Position numbers and translations under genes: made by a program. A stretch of DNA of 64,000 nt, taken from IMG/VR virus record IMGVR_UViG_3300030339_000017; one strand, given 5' to 3'. This document shows, in pieces, positions 20,562 to 29,211 of this stretch. Positions within the stretch are counted from its first letter, which is position 1; each line of letters begins with the position of its first letter. The stretch comes from an uncultured virus (IMG/VR IMGVR_UViG_3300030339_000017). Its lineage: Duplodnaviria > Heunggongvirae > Uroviricota > Caudoviricetes. The notes under the pieces are model-generated. The model was given only the letters and a program-made list of their open reading frames with translations. It had not been told where the DNA came from and made no database searches.

Positions 20562-20873
20562 ATGAAACAGTTTAGAAACAAATTATTAGAACTTTTGATT
20601 TATAAAATGCTAGGTTATTTAATTGAATTTGGTTTATTTCCTACCAAAATGGAATTCTGGGAAGAGTCAGATGAAATTGTATGTAACATGTATTTTACAA
20701 AAAAGAAGACGAAAGAAGATGGTGTGAAAAATTACGATATCACCAAAAGCACAACTGAATTATCAGAGCCAGAAATTGCATTTAGTCAATTAATTAAAAT
20801 GCAACAAAAACATCTTCCAGGTAGAGGAGACTCTCCTAAAAGAACAAAACATTTACCAGGTTATTTGGAATAA
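20562..20873 (+). CDS. Hypothetical protein
   Basis: 103 aa ORF. Confidence 0.55.
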   Translation: MKQFRNKLLELLIYKMLGYLIEFGLFPTKMEFWEESDEIVCNMYFTKKKTKEDGVKNYDITKSTTELSEPEIAFSQLIKMQQKHLPGRGDSPKRTKHLPGYLE

Positions 20874-20891
20874 CAATTAAAAATTCAATCA

Positions 20892-21041
20892 ATGAAAAAA
20901 GTATTATTTTTATTATGCATCTCTATGATGCTATTTGCAGTATCTACTAATGTAGATGCAAGAGGACATAAATCCTCAGGTATTCATGCTTCAAAAGGAG
21001 CTGGACATCACAGTACAGGACGTACACATAAGTGTAAGTAA
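20892..21041 (+). CDS. Small secreted His/Gly/Lys-rich peptide (49 aa)
   Basis: Not in ORF track: MKKVLFLLCISMMLFAVSTNVDA-RGHKSSGIHASKGAGHHSTGRTHKCK. Confidence 0.6.
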   Translation: MKKVLFLLCISMMLFAVSTNVDARGHKSSGIHASKGAGHHSTGRTHKCK

Positions 21042-21094
21042 CAAACAAGTTAAGCTAGTTATTAAACAGCAACACTAAACTTCAAAATACGGAA

Positions 21095-22625
21095 TAAGCT
21101 TATGCAAGAACCCAATGCGATTACTAGTGAAAGGGGTGAGATTCCCCGTTAACATGTCATTTCTACTTCCAAAGGGTAGACTATCAAAGAATTATATATA
21201 GATAGAACATGGATAGGCAAAAAGGTCGAGTAGTAGAGATGTTACCATATTGTGGTATTATGACAAATCGAGAAGTAGACAGCACCTGCAAGTAGAGGTA
21301 TAACTACACGCTAAATATAGAATCTGGTACTACACTTCAGCCAGACGTTGTGAAACGAAGAGTAAGTGAGGCGAGACCAGGTGAAAAATCCTAGATATAT
21401 AACATATGTAATAAATATTTTCATGTTAATTACCGGACTTGAATAATATCTATGGAAGTTTGACGCGGCTGACCAAAAGGCATTGATAATGAGACGAAAT
21501 CTGATCTTTAGAAATATAGAAAAGAAGTGTAAGCAATTGATGTAGCGAGCTATGCGGATGGATATTATAATGGAGGTGAGAATAGGGAGAGATCCTTGAA
21601 TATTAACAATTTTCTAGAAAAATGGAGATAATCCACAGTTTAGTTGATCATTTTAGACTAAGCAAAACGTACCCGGACGTGCCGGTTTTTGGATAAACGA
21701 CCTTAAATTAGGTACCATTTAACTGCTTATCAATTTGCAAGGAAGATGCAAGTAAACTGCCGACCACGAATTAGAGTGTGAAACGGAGCAGTTCAGATGA
21801 CTACTTAGGCTGAACAAAACCACTATTCAACTACTTAGAAACTATTCGTAGTGTATAAGAGAAATGAATATCCGTATAAAGTCGGATGAGTGCTCATGTA
21901 AAATATTGAGAATGTGTGGAATTAGAACCATGGCTTTGCCAACAAATACTAATGATTGGTTAAGACTGACCCGTTTTCTAGAGATAGCTTTTGGTGAAAC
22001 TAGATGATTAGTTAAGAACTATAGAAAGCCAGATTTCGCTGGACATATTGGATAGGGTTGAAGTTCAATTGATTGGTTAAGAACCAAAAGAGATCGACTG
22101 TCTCATCTAAACAGTCCAAATCGAGTAATAATGCACAGGCTCGACAGATAGGTGACATGCTAGGCCTATAATAACAAAGCTAACCTAAGCTCAGTGAAAT
22201 GCTGGAAAGAAGGTAAGGTGGCAACCCGAATATGCATTGTCCCGTCAAAGATCTGTTTGACAAACTCCTATTCTAACTATTTTTCGCGAGACAGAAAGAA
22301 TAGTCCGTGACGTACGAAGAACGGATAATGAGTGCAGAAACATGAAAAAACAAAGCAAAAACTAGTTAGAGAAACTAGTGTGGAATTCAAGCAAAAGATA
22401 GCAAGAAGTTATCTAATCCCGTTATAGCCGGCGAATACAGAGGGGTCTGAATACCTATTAGTAATCTTGCATAGAAAGTATCACAATTACATTGTAGGCA
22501 ATGCGCCCGACATTGGATAAAAAACTCTAAGTTCAAAAGATTACTACCTAGCATGAAACGGGCTTGAACGCCGCTATCCTTATCTAAACATAAGACAAGT
22601 ATACCCTTGATTGGGATGCTAGGAA
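21095..22625 (+). ncRNA. Candidate giant structured ncRNA A (about 1.4-1.5 kb)
   Basis: No ORF of 60 aa or more; 21101-07 pairs with 22467-73 and 21119-28 with 22457-66; nested internal helices; ends just before a tRNA. Confidence 0.6.
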
Positions 22626-22635
22626 CAAATAAAAT

Positions 22636-22709
22636 TGGAGGATCATCTAATTTGGTTAGGATGTAACTCTGATAAAGTTATAAACCCGGTTCGAGGCCGG
22701 GCCCTCCAA
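22636..22709 (+). tRNA. tRNA-Ile(GAT)
   Basis: TGGAGGA/CCCTCCA acceptor (one mismatch), TAACT-CTGATAA-AGTTA, CCCGG-TTCGAGG-CCGGG; no encoded CCA. Confidence 0.8.
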
Positions 22710-22967
22710 CAAATAAAAATAAGAGTGCGTATGGAATAACAATAATTCAGGACGCAGAGCGAAAAGCCGTAAGTCGGGAGCGATATCTCATGGGTACATA
22801 TCTGAAAAATACACTCTTATTCTCTCAAAAAAATCAAGACTATGCGTATATGTCAGCCTAGAACAAGGTCGCACTTATTCGGAAGTTAATAGTAGAATGT
22901 GTTCAAATCTATTATAAACATAGAATGAAAAGATTTGTCTTGATTTTCACTTTTAAATTATAAATAT

Positions 22968-23150
22968 ATGGCAAAGAAATTAGAACAAATTAAAAGTATT
23001 ATACAATATGCAAAGAATTGTGTAAATAAAGGAAAAGAAATATATCCTTTAATCTATTATTGCGAATACAAAGAAGCTGGATGCCATTCAACTTCACATT
23101 GTCCATATTACAATATAAAATACAATAAACCAAAAAATGTCGCTACTTAA
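22968..23150 (+). CDS. Small Cys-rich hypothetical protein
   Basis: 60 aa ORF. Confidence 0.45.
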   Translation: MAKKLEQIKSIIQYAKNCVNKGKEIYPLIYYCEYKEAGCHSTSHCPYYNIKYNKPKNVAT

Positions 23151-23222
23151 TAGGATGATAGCCCTATTGAGGCAATGGAAACCAGCAATGGGTTGAAGGG
23201 TTCGAATCCCAAAAGCGGCGCA
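23138..23222 (+). ncRNA. tRNA-like element, non-canonical
   Basis: Terminal stem tgtcgct/agcggcg, GGG-TTCGAAT-CCC T-arm, 9-bp hairpin cttaatagg/cctattgag; no standard anticodon arm. Confidence 0.5.
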
Positions 23223-23459
23223 AACAAAACTCAGTCGTAAGGGATATTACGAATACCTCTAGAAGCAGATATAGGGAAGCTTCTTTCAAAAAGATATAAA
23301 CATTTAATAATCAATATAAAATGAGTAAAACTTTAAGATTAAGAACGAAAGAATATCAGGGTGTTCCTGAATCAGATGTAAAATCATTACGGAAAAATGG
23401 TGCAATTCGCAAGCAAACAAAGATGACACCATATCAACCAAATAAAGAAAGGATTTGAT

Positions 23460-23834
23460 ATGGAATGGACAAAAGAGGCATTAAATAGAACGGCCATCCA
23501 AATAAAAAATATGGCCCATGGAAAAAGAATTCTTAAATTTTACAAATCGTATGGATTTGATACAAATGGATTCTTATCTTCAATTCCAAGTGTAAAAAAC
23601 CGATATTATTGTGTTGCTTACGGAAAAGTATTATATGGAACAAACCCAATAGGATTTGAAATTATCAAACTCCCTACAAAACCTCGTCGTAAATTTCCAC
23701 GAGAAATGATGATATCTAATGACAAAGAAAACTGGCAATCTTTCCCAGTAGAAGGAAAGTTCAAAAGAAAATTCCTAGTATACGTAGGATGGGGAGAATA
23801 CAAAGCATGGGAATATGCAAAAGAAATTGATTAG
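23460..23834 (+). CDS. Hypothetical phage protein
   Basis: 124 aa; FPREMMISND...WEYAKEI. Confidence 0.65.
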   Translation: MEWTKEALNRTAIQIKNMAHGKRILKFYKSYGFDTNGFLSSIPSVKNRYYCVAYGKVLYGTNPIGFEIIKLPTKPRRKFPREMMISNDKENWQSFPVEGKFKRKFLVYVGWGEYKAWEYAKEID

Positions 23835-23976
23835 TTCTCGCCAGGATTAATCAAAAGGTGGAACTGTTTGGTCTTACCATGCCAAATAGCCCTGGGGTAT
23901 CTAGAATCGTGATTAGTCGTGAAATAGGTACCCCTTTATCAGAATTTAATTTATTAATCAATAATAATTTACAAAA

Positions 23977-24510
23977 ATGAGAAAAACAATAAATAATGAA
24001 TTAATTAGGAAATTTAATCCTTGCTACGATCCAAAAGAGATAATAAAAAACGAAAAAGAATACTTAAAAATATCAAAATGGATTTCTAAGTATAGAGCAA
24101 AAGTCAAAAAACCAAATGAAATTATTTGGCTATTATGTAGAGGAGAATTTATGTCAGATAAAGATATGAGATTATTTGCCGTATGGTGCGCAAGAGAAGC
24201 AATTAAATCTCAAAAATTAGTAGATGAAAGAAGTTTGAACGCAATAGATATTGCAGAAAAATTTGCAAATGGAGAAGCCTCAGTAGAAAATTTATCAGCA
24301 GCAAGGTCAGCAGCAAGGTCAGCAGCATGGTCAGCAAGGTCAGCAGCAGGTGCAGCAGCAGAGGCAGCAGCATGTGCAGCAGCATGTGCAGCAGCATGTG
24401 CAGCAGCAAGTGCAGCAGCATGTGCAGCAGCATGTGCAGCAGCATGTGCAGCAGCAAGTGCAGCAGCAATTGAAAAACAAATAGATAAATTGATAACATA
24501 TTTTTATTAA
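23977..24510 (+). CDS. Phage protein with Ala-rich tetrapeptide repeats
   Basis: RLFAVWCAR...AIDIAEKFANGEAS then AARS/AAAC repeats. Confidence 0.75.
   Translation: MRKTINNELIRKFNPCYDPKEIIKNEKEYLKISKWISKYRAKVKKPNEIIWLLCRGEFMSDKDMRLFAVWCAREAIKSQKLVDERSLNAIDIAEKFANGEASVENLSAARSAARSAAWSARSAAGAAAEAAACAAACAAACAAASAAACAAACAAACAAASAAAIEKQIDKLITYFY
24296..24468 (+). repeat. 12-bp coding tandem repeat (gcagcagcatgt / tcagcagcaagg)
   Basis: About 14 units encoding AAAC/SAAR. Confidence 0.9.
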
Positions 24511-24535
24511 ACTTCAATTAAAACTTATTATCAAA

Positions 24536-25027
24536 ATGAATGATGTAGAAAAAGAGATTTGTCTTGAGTTGATAACTCATGCAAATAACAAAACAGAAGT
24601 AAAAAATGTAATGAATGAAACATTCAAAGCATTAAACAAAAAAGAATTGAATGTATTTATAAATGAAAGTTGGAAAAAAAGAAAACTGACAAGTAAGATA
24701 TCAATGTCTAATCTAGAATATAGAGAGAAAAGAGATTTATTGCAATCGCTACTTATTAAAAAAGCGTTTGGAGAAATTAAGCATATTTATGTAACAATAA
24801 ACAAGTGCTTAAGCAAAGATACTCCATTCGATATGTATAAGTCAATGATTGGAACTGGTAATCTTTATGTTCAAAGGAGGGAATTACAAAGAGGATCTGA
24901 AGTAGAGTTATTGAGATTCGATGAAAATGGAATCAAAATTCTAGTTGAAGATCTAAATTGGAAAGGATATGAATTCTATTTCTTAGTGTACGATATTAAT
25001 TGTCGTAATTACATAAGAATAGAATAA
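24536..25027 (+). CDS. Hypothetical protein
   Basis: 163 aa ORF. Confidence 0.65.
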   Translation: MNDVEKEICLELITHANNKTEVKNVMNETFKALNKKELNVFINESWKKRKLTSKISMSNLEYREKRDLLQSLLIKKAFGEIKHIYVTINKCLSKDTPFDMYKSMIGTGNLYVQRRELQRGSEVELLRFDENGIKILVEDLNWKGYEFYFLVYDINCRNYIRIE

Positions 25028-25030
25028 AGA

Positions 25031-25097
25031 AGTACGGCCCGCTAGGTCGTTTGATTCGTCAGGAAGACCGGGCTAGCATATGCCCGCACCTCCACCA
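25031..25097 (+). ncRNA. ssrA: Permuted tmRNA, acceptor piece
   Basis: GAA-GAC, T-arm CGGGC/GCCCG, then CACCTCC-A-CCA; pairs with GGGGGTG at 25203 giving G3:U70. Confidence 0.8.
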
Positions 25098-25100
25098 AAA

Positions 25101-25189
25101 CTATCATGTAATACGTAATGGCAAAATCGATTATGTCATCCATAGCAATATGGTTGTATCGTTGCGGGTTTGAGTCCCGCCATGGTAGC
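25101..25189 (+). ncRNA. tRNA-like element in the tmRNA intervening segment
   Basis: 8-bp CTATCATG/CATGGTAG stem, T-arm GCGGG-TTTGAGT-CCCGC, central arm ending in ccata-GCAA-tatgg; no clear anticodon. Confidence 0.65.
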
Positions 25190-25202
25190 ATTAAATTAAT
25201 AC

Positions 25203-25357
25203 GGGGGTGACCAGCATTGATTCGGACAAGATGATAACGAATAGGACTGCACAATGTCTATAACAGGCAATAAAACAATCCAAATCAACAACTACGTAGG
25301 CCTTGTAGCCTAATAGCCTAGAATGTACCTATCAGGCACGTGAGCAAATGCCGCACG
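25203..25357 (+). ncRNA. ssrA: Permuted tmRNA, coding piece; tag (A)GNKTIQINNYVGLVA
   Basis: 5' GGGGGTGACCAGCATTGA; ATAACA-GGC resume context at 25266; TAA TAG stops from 25311; terminal pseudoknot ggca/tgcc plus cgtg/cacg. Confidence 0.8.
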
Positions 25358-25367
25358 TTATATTCAA

Positions 25368-26102
25368 TTGTTACCTGATAGGGTTTTATTATTAATCAAT
25401 AGTAATATGGGAAAAGAACCAAGAGAATTTATTAAAAACCTAGAAATAGGAAAGACTTATATACTAGTTTGGTTTGATTTCATATTTATTGGAATATTGA
25501 AAGATAAAACCTGGAGAAATGAGTCCTATGAAGTGCTAGTTTTCGAAAGTGAACAGCAATACATATCAAATAGAAATGAAGTATCAAAAATGCTTCATAA
25601 AGAAGGAGGTAAAACTCAATTATATTGCACTAATTCTATTATATTCGAAAATAATATAATAGATGGAAAGTACTATGATTGGTTTATGTCAAAAATGAAG
25701 TCAGTAAATATCAGTAAAGTTAATGGCAAAAATACTATAGTCAATACAGGAATAGCAAAAAGTATGATTATAAAGGATTTATCAAAGATTTTACAGAGAA
25801 GAGAACTGTCTTTATTTGAAGATATATTAAATAGTAAAGGCGTTATACTAGTCCAAAACTATCAAAAAAAATACAGAGACATCGTTTCGTCTCAAGAAGA
25901 CCAAATGCCATTTAATGTAGAATTTCCAATTAAAAAATGCGAAATGTATCCAGAATTAGATGCAGAAGTAGAATTAACCATCAATGGACAAACAATGTCT
26001 TCATCAATGAAATATGCTCATGAGTTTTTTAACGAATGGAAAGGACATATTAATGCTGGATTAGTAATTTTTAAAATGAAAAAATTATGCCAAAAAAAAT
26101 AA
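25368..26102 (+). CDS. Hypothetical protein
   Basis: ORF; real start probably at MGKEPR. Confidence 0.65.
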   Translation: MLPDRVLLLINSNMGKEPREFIKNLEIGKTYILVWFDFIFIGILKDKTWRNESYEVLVFESEQQYISNRNEVSKMLHKEGGKTQLYCTNSIIFENNIIDGKYYDWFMSKMKSVNISKVNGKNTIVNTGIAKSMIIKDLSKILQRRELSLFEDILNSKGVILVQNYQKKYRDIVSSQEDQMPFNVEFPIKKCEMYPELDAEVELTINGQTMSSSMKYAHEFFNEWKGHINAGLVIFKMKKLCQKK

Positions 26103-26204
26103 AAAAAACAATAAGCTCCGAAACTGCAATATTAGATGATAAAAGTTATTTAGTATTTCATAATTGGAAAAAAGAAGCCAAATTGAAATGGAGGTTCTGT
26201 AAAA

Positions 26205-26729
26205 TTGATTGACATAGGATTTATAGGTGATCCTCATTTTGGACATGAGGCAATAGCAAATATTCGTGGCTTTACTGATATTGATAAATACAATCAAGAA
26301 GTAATCTATCGAATTAATTCGGTATTACATAAACGGTCATTACTTTATTTAATGGGAGATATTACAATGGAAAATTCAAAGTGGTATCATTTATTAGATG
26401 AAATAAAAGCAAGAATTGTAGTTATTGGAGGAAATCACGACTTAAGAAAAGATTTTCCAGAACTAATGAAACATGTAGAAGCCGTAATAGGGACTCTAAA
26501 ATATCATGGAGCTATTTTTACGCATATACCAATTCATACTCAGGAAGTAAACAGATTTTTATTTAATGCTCATGCTCATACGCACGAAGAATTAATAAAA
26601 AGATGGGCTTATGAGGCTGGTGGATATACGGCAAGGGAAGAAATAGATAAAAGATATACATGTCTTAGTTGGGATAGACTCGAGGGCATACCTTGGTCTT
26701 GGGAACAAATACTAAATAGTAGAAAATAA
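26205..26729 (+). CDS. Calcineurin-like metallophosphoesterase
   Basis: GDPHFGH, MGD, GNHD, THIP, HAHTH. Confidence 0.9.
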   Translation: MIDIGFIGDPHFGHEAIANIRGFTDIDKYNQEVIYRINSVLHKRSLLYLMGDITMENSKWYHLLDEIKARIVVIGGNHDLRKDFPELMKHVEAVIGTLKYHGAIFTHIPIHTQEVNRFLFNAHAHTHEELIKRWAYEAGGYTAREEIDKRYTCLSWDRLEGIPWSWEQILNSRK

Positions 26730-26745
26730 TTTAAAATCATATCAA

Positions 26746-27000
26746 ATGAATGAAATCAAAGTAAAAGAGATTTACAAGATAAAGGCGTTAGTAGAAAGGC
26801 TATTAGCTATTCCTGACAAAAAGATTGTAAGAACCAAGAAAGTAAAAAAGTTGGTTAAATTAAGATCCGGTAAAACGATATTGCGAATTCAAAAAAAGCA
26901 ATATACAGTGTTACAGGCACTGGGGAAAAAGCAAAATCAGCTTTTAGAAAGAAAGCAAGAACAATTGAAACAGTTGAAAATTGAATTAAAAATCTCGTAA
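26746..27000 (+). CDS. Basic hypothetical protein
   Basis: 84 aa, Lys-rich. Confidence 0.6.
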   Translation: MNEIKVKEIYKIKALVERLLAIPDKKIVRTKKVKKLVKLRSGKTILRIQKKQYTVLQALGKKQNQLLERKQEQLKQLKIELKIS

Positions 27001-27014
27001 AAACCACTATCAAA

Positions 27015-27140
27015 ATGAGCAAAACATTGAAGCAAAAAAGAATCTTGAAAATGAAAAAATCTTTGAGAGCTTGGGTTAGAGCCGGAAAACTAGCTATAGC
27101 AAGAACAAAGGATCGCACCGGAGAAGTAAAACAAAATTAA
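27015..27140 (+). CDS. Small basic protein (41 aa)
   Basis: MSKTLKQKRILKMKKSLRAWVRAGKLAIARTKDRTGEVKQN; TATCAAAATG start context. Confidence 0.55.
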   Translation: MSKTLKQKRILKMKKSLRAWVRAGKLAIARTKDRTGEVKQN

Positions 27141-27154
27141 ATTCAATTATCAAA

Positions 27155-27403
27155 ATGAGCAAAGTAAAATGTAAACGCGCAATTAGAAGAGTTGCAAACA
27201 GATCAAAAGTAATTGAACTTATTGAAGTTGGATTACCATTTGCCAGTAAAAAATCAATTACAAAAGGAGCGAATCCTTCTCAAGATGATAAAGACATGGT
27301 AAAATTACTGAAATCGGAAGGAAAATCCGTTACAGAAGCATGGAAGATAGTTCGTACGTCGAACTACAAAATCAAAAAAGAGTTGAAAAAGAAAGCGGCC
27401 TAA
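27155..27403 (+). CDS. Basic hypothetical protein
   Basis: 82 aa, TTATCAAAATG start. Confidence 0.65.
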   Translation: MSKVKCKRAIRRVANRSKVIELIEVGLPFASKKSITKGANPSQDDKDMVKLLKSEGKSVTEAWKIVRTSNYKIKKELKKKAA

Positions 27404-27444
27404 AACGCATTTTAAAGCCCGCTAGAGCATTTAATCTAGCAACT

Positions 27445-27518
27445 GGACCGATAATTCAACTGAATAGAATCGTGCCCTTCTATGGCGCTTGTTGGGGGTT
27501 TGAGTCCCTCTCGGTTCA
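27445..27518 (+). tRNA. tRNA-Arg(TCT)
   Basis: GGACCGA/TCGGTTC, ATTC/GAAT D-stem, GTGCC-CTTCTAT-GGCGC, GGGGG-TTTGAGT-CCCTC. Confidence 0.88.
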
Positions 27519-27533
27519 CTAAATTAATTTAAT

Positions 27534-28001
27534 ATGAAAATATCATTCGATTTTGATGGTACACTTTCAAGGAGAGACGTACAAGAGTATGCAAAAGAAC
27601 TTATATTGTTAGGAATGGAAATATATGTAGTTACAAGCAGATATCAATATTTAAATAGAGAAGATGGATTGTCAGTAGATAATTCAGATCTATGGGAAAT
27701 AGTAAATGAACTCGGTATCAAACCTAAAAACCTGGTATTTACAGAAATGAAATGGAAATCAGAATTCTTTAAAGATAATAATGAATTTGCATTTCATTTA
27801 GATGATTATTATTCAGAATTAATAAGAATACAAAAAGCATCAAAAGTTCCAGCTATTTCTGTAAATGGAAATTGGAAGAAAAAATGCAATAAGGCAATTA
27901 AAAATTATAAATCAAAACCAAATAAAGTAATTAATTATGAGGAAAAGATTAAAAACGGCTTTCACATTTATGTGGATAAAAGAAAGGTCGTTTCAGAATA
28001 G
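27534..28001 (+). CDS. HAD-superfamily hydrolase
   Basis: ISFDFDGTL, VVTSR, K, HLDD. Confidence 0.8.
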   Translation: MKISFDFDGTLSRRDVQEYAKELILLGMEIYVVTSRYQYLNREDGLSVDNSDLWEIVNELGIKPKNLVFTEMKWKSEFFKDNNEFAFHLDDYYSELIRIQKASKVPAISVNGNWKKKCNKAIKNYKSKPNKVINYEEKIKNGFHIYVDKRKVVSE

Positions 28002-28161
28002 CCGTATACTGAAATAGAAGGGAGTATAGTAAGAAATTAACTACATTCCTACAAGATAAAACAAAAGTGTCACCTGCAGGCGAAGTTGTTACGGAGTCGG
28101 GGTCCCCTAAAAGACATAGATTAATCACTCGGGGTTGTGATTTTTCATTAAACTTAAAATT

Positions 28162-28707
28162 ATGAACACAAAAGAGGCAATAGAACTTGCTAAGGTGGGT
28201 TCAGAAAAAGCATTTACATACCTATATAATACGTATCATAAAGTAATTTATAGTAATATTTATTATATAGTAAAAAACAAAGATGTAGCTGATGATTTAT
28301 TATCAGAGACATTTTTAAAAGCGTTCAAGAATATAGATAAATTCACAAAAGATATTTCATTTGAAATGTGGTTAAAAACCATAGCTAATAATCATAGTAT
28401 TGACTTTATTCGTAGTATAAATAAAGAACAAAACAATGTTTATGTAGATGATGATTTACTAAAAGAATTTATCTATACAGATAATAGCAATCCTGAAAAG
28501 GAATTGATCAAGAAAGAAGAATATGGTAGGTTTGAACGAGGATTAGTAAGCCTTAGCAAGAAACAAGAAGAGGTATTAAGATGTAGATATAATGACAATA
28601 TGTCCTATAAGGAAATAGCTGAAAAATTAAATCTAAGTATTGGTACAATTAAACATTATATTCATCGTTACAAAAATAAATTAATTACAAATATTAACAA
28701 CCAGTAA
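28162..28707 (+). CDS. ECF-type RNA polymerase sigma factor
   Basis: Region 2 (AF..LY...ADDLLSETFLKAF...FEMWLKTIANNHSIDFIR) and region 4 (LSKKQEEVL...MSYKEIAEKLNLSIGTIK). Confidence 0.93.
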   Translation: MNTKEAIELAKVGSEKAFTYLYNTYHKVIYSNIYYIVKNKDVADDLLSETFLKAFKNIDKFTKDISFEMWLKTIANNHSIDFIRSINKEQNNVYVDDDLLKEFIYTDNSNPEKELIKKEEYGRFERGLVSLSKKQEEVLRCRYNDNMSYKEIAEKLNLSIGTIKHYIHRYKNKLITNINNQ

Positions 28708-28718
28708 AACAAAACAAA

Positions 28719-29123
28719 ATGAAAACAAGACATCAAATCTTAGTTATTGGAGCGAAATTCGTTTCTTTGACTCTTTTTGCAGCTTTATTGGGGGTAGGAT
28801 CTGGAAATTTTGTAAGAAATAATCAGAAATTATTAGCTGAAGCACCAACTGTAGTTGTAGTACAGAATGAAACAGCTAAAGATCTTTCTTACATACAATT
28901 AAAAGATTCAAAATGTGTTTTGTCAAGCATCAAAACGTATACACAAAAAGAAGTAGTCATTTCTACTTTTGTAACTCCACGAGAGATTGTGATGAATGCG
29001 ATAGAAGCCAGACGGCAAGACCAACGGAAAATTTCGTTGAACAACATTTATACTCCCAGAGTAACAAACACTTATTTCCCATACAAAGCAAGGGGCGACT
29101 CAATACATGTAAATACGAGTTAA
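28719..29123 (+). CDS. Membrane-anchored hypothetical protein
   Basis: N-terminal TM, directly after sigma gene. Confidence 0.6.
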   Translation: MKTRHQILVIGAKFVSLTLFAALLGVGSGNFVRNNQKLLAEAPTVVVVQNETAKDLSYIQLKDSKCVLSSIKTYTQKEVVISTFVTPREIVMNAIEARRQDQRKISLNNIYTPRVTNTYFPYKARGDSIHVNTS

Positions 29124-29211
29124 CTGACATAGAAGCAGTGAAACCCAGAGTACAAAAAAGAGTTAAATTATTTTCAAACAATTATCAAAATTAAAAAAGG
29201 AGGTAAATAAA

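Noticed and set aside
21095..22625. Group I or II intron, or rRNA fragment
   Set aside because: No flanking split gene, no group I core or domain V, no rRNA signature recognised by eye
24296..24468. CRISPR array or DGR repeat
   Set aside because: In-frame 12-bp coding repeat without spacers; no cas or reverse transcriptase gene in the window
24203..24517. Antisense shadow ORFs (this Leu/His-repeat ORF and the many short ORFs opposite large genes)
   Set aside because: They lie opposite well-supported genes and reflect codon or repeat structure
25101..25189. tRNA-Sec (8/5 fold, a TCA triplet present)
   Set aside because: TCA is not in a 7-nt loop on a proper anticodon stem, and the D-arm is not Sec-like
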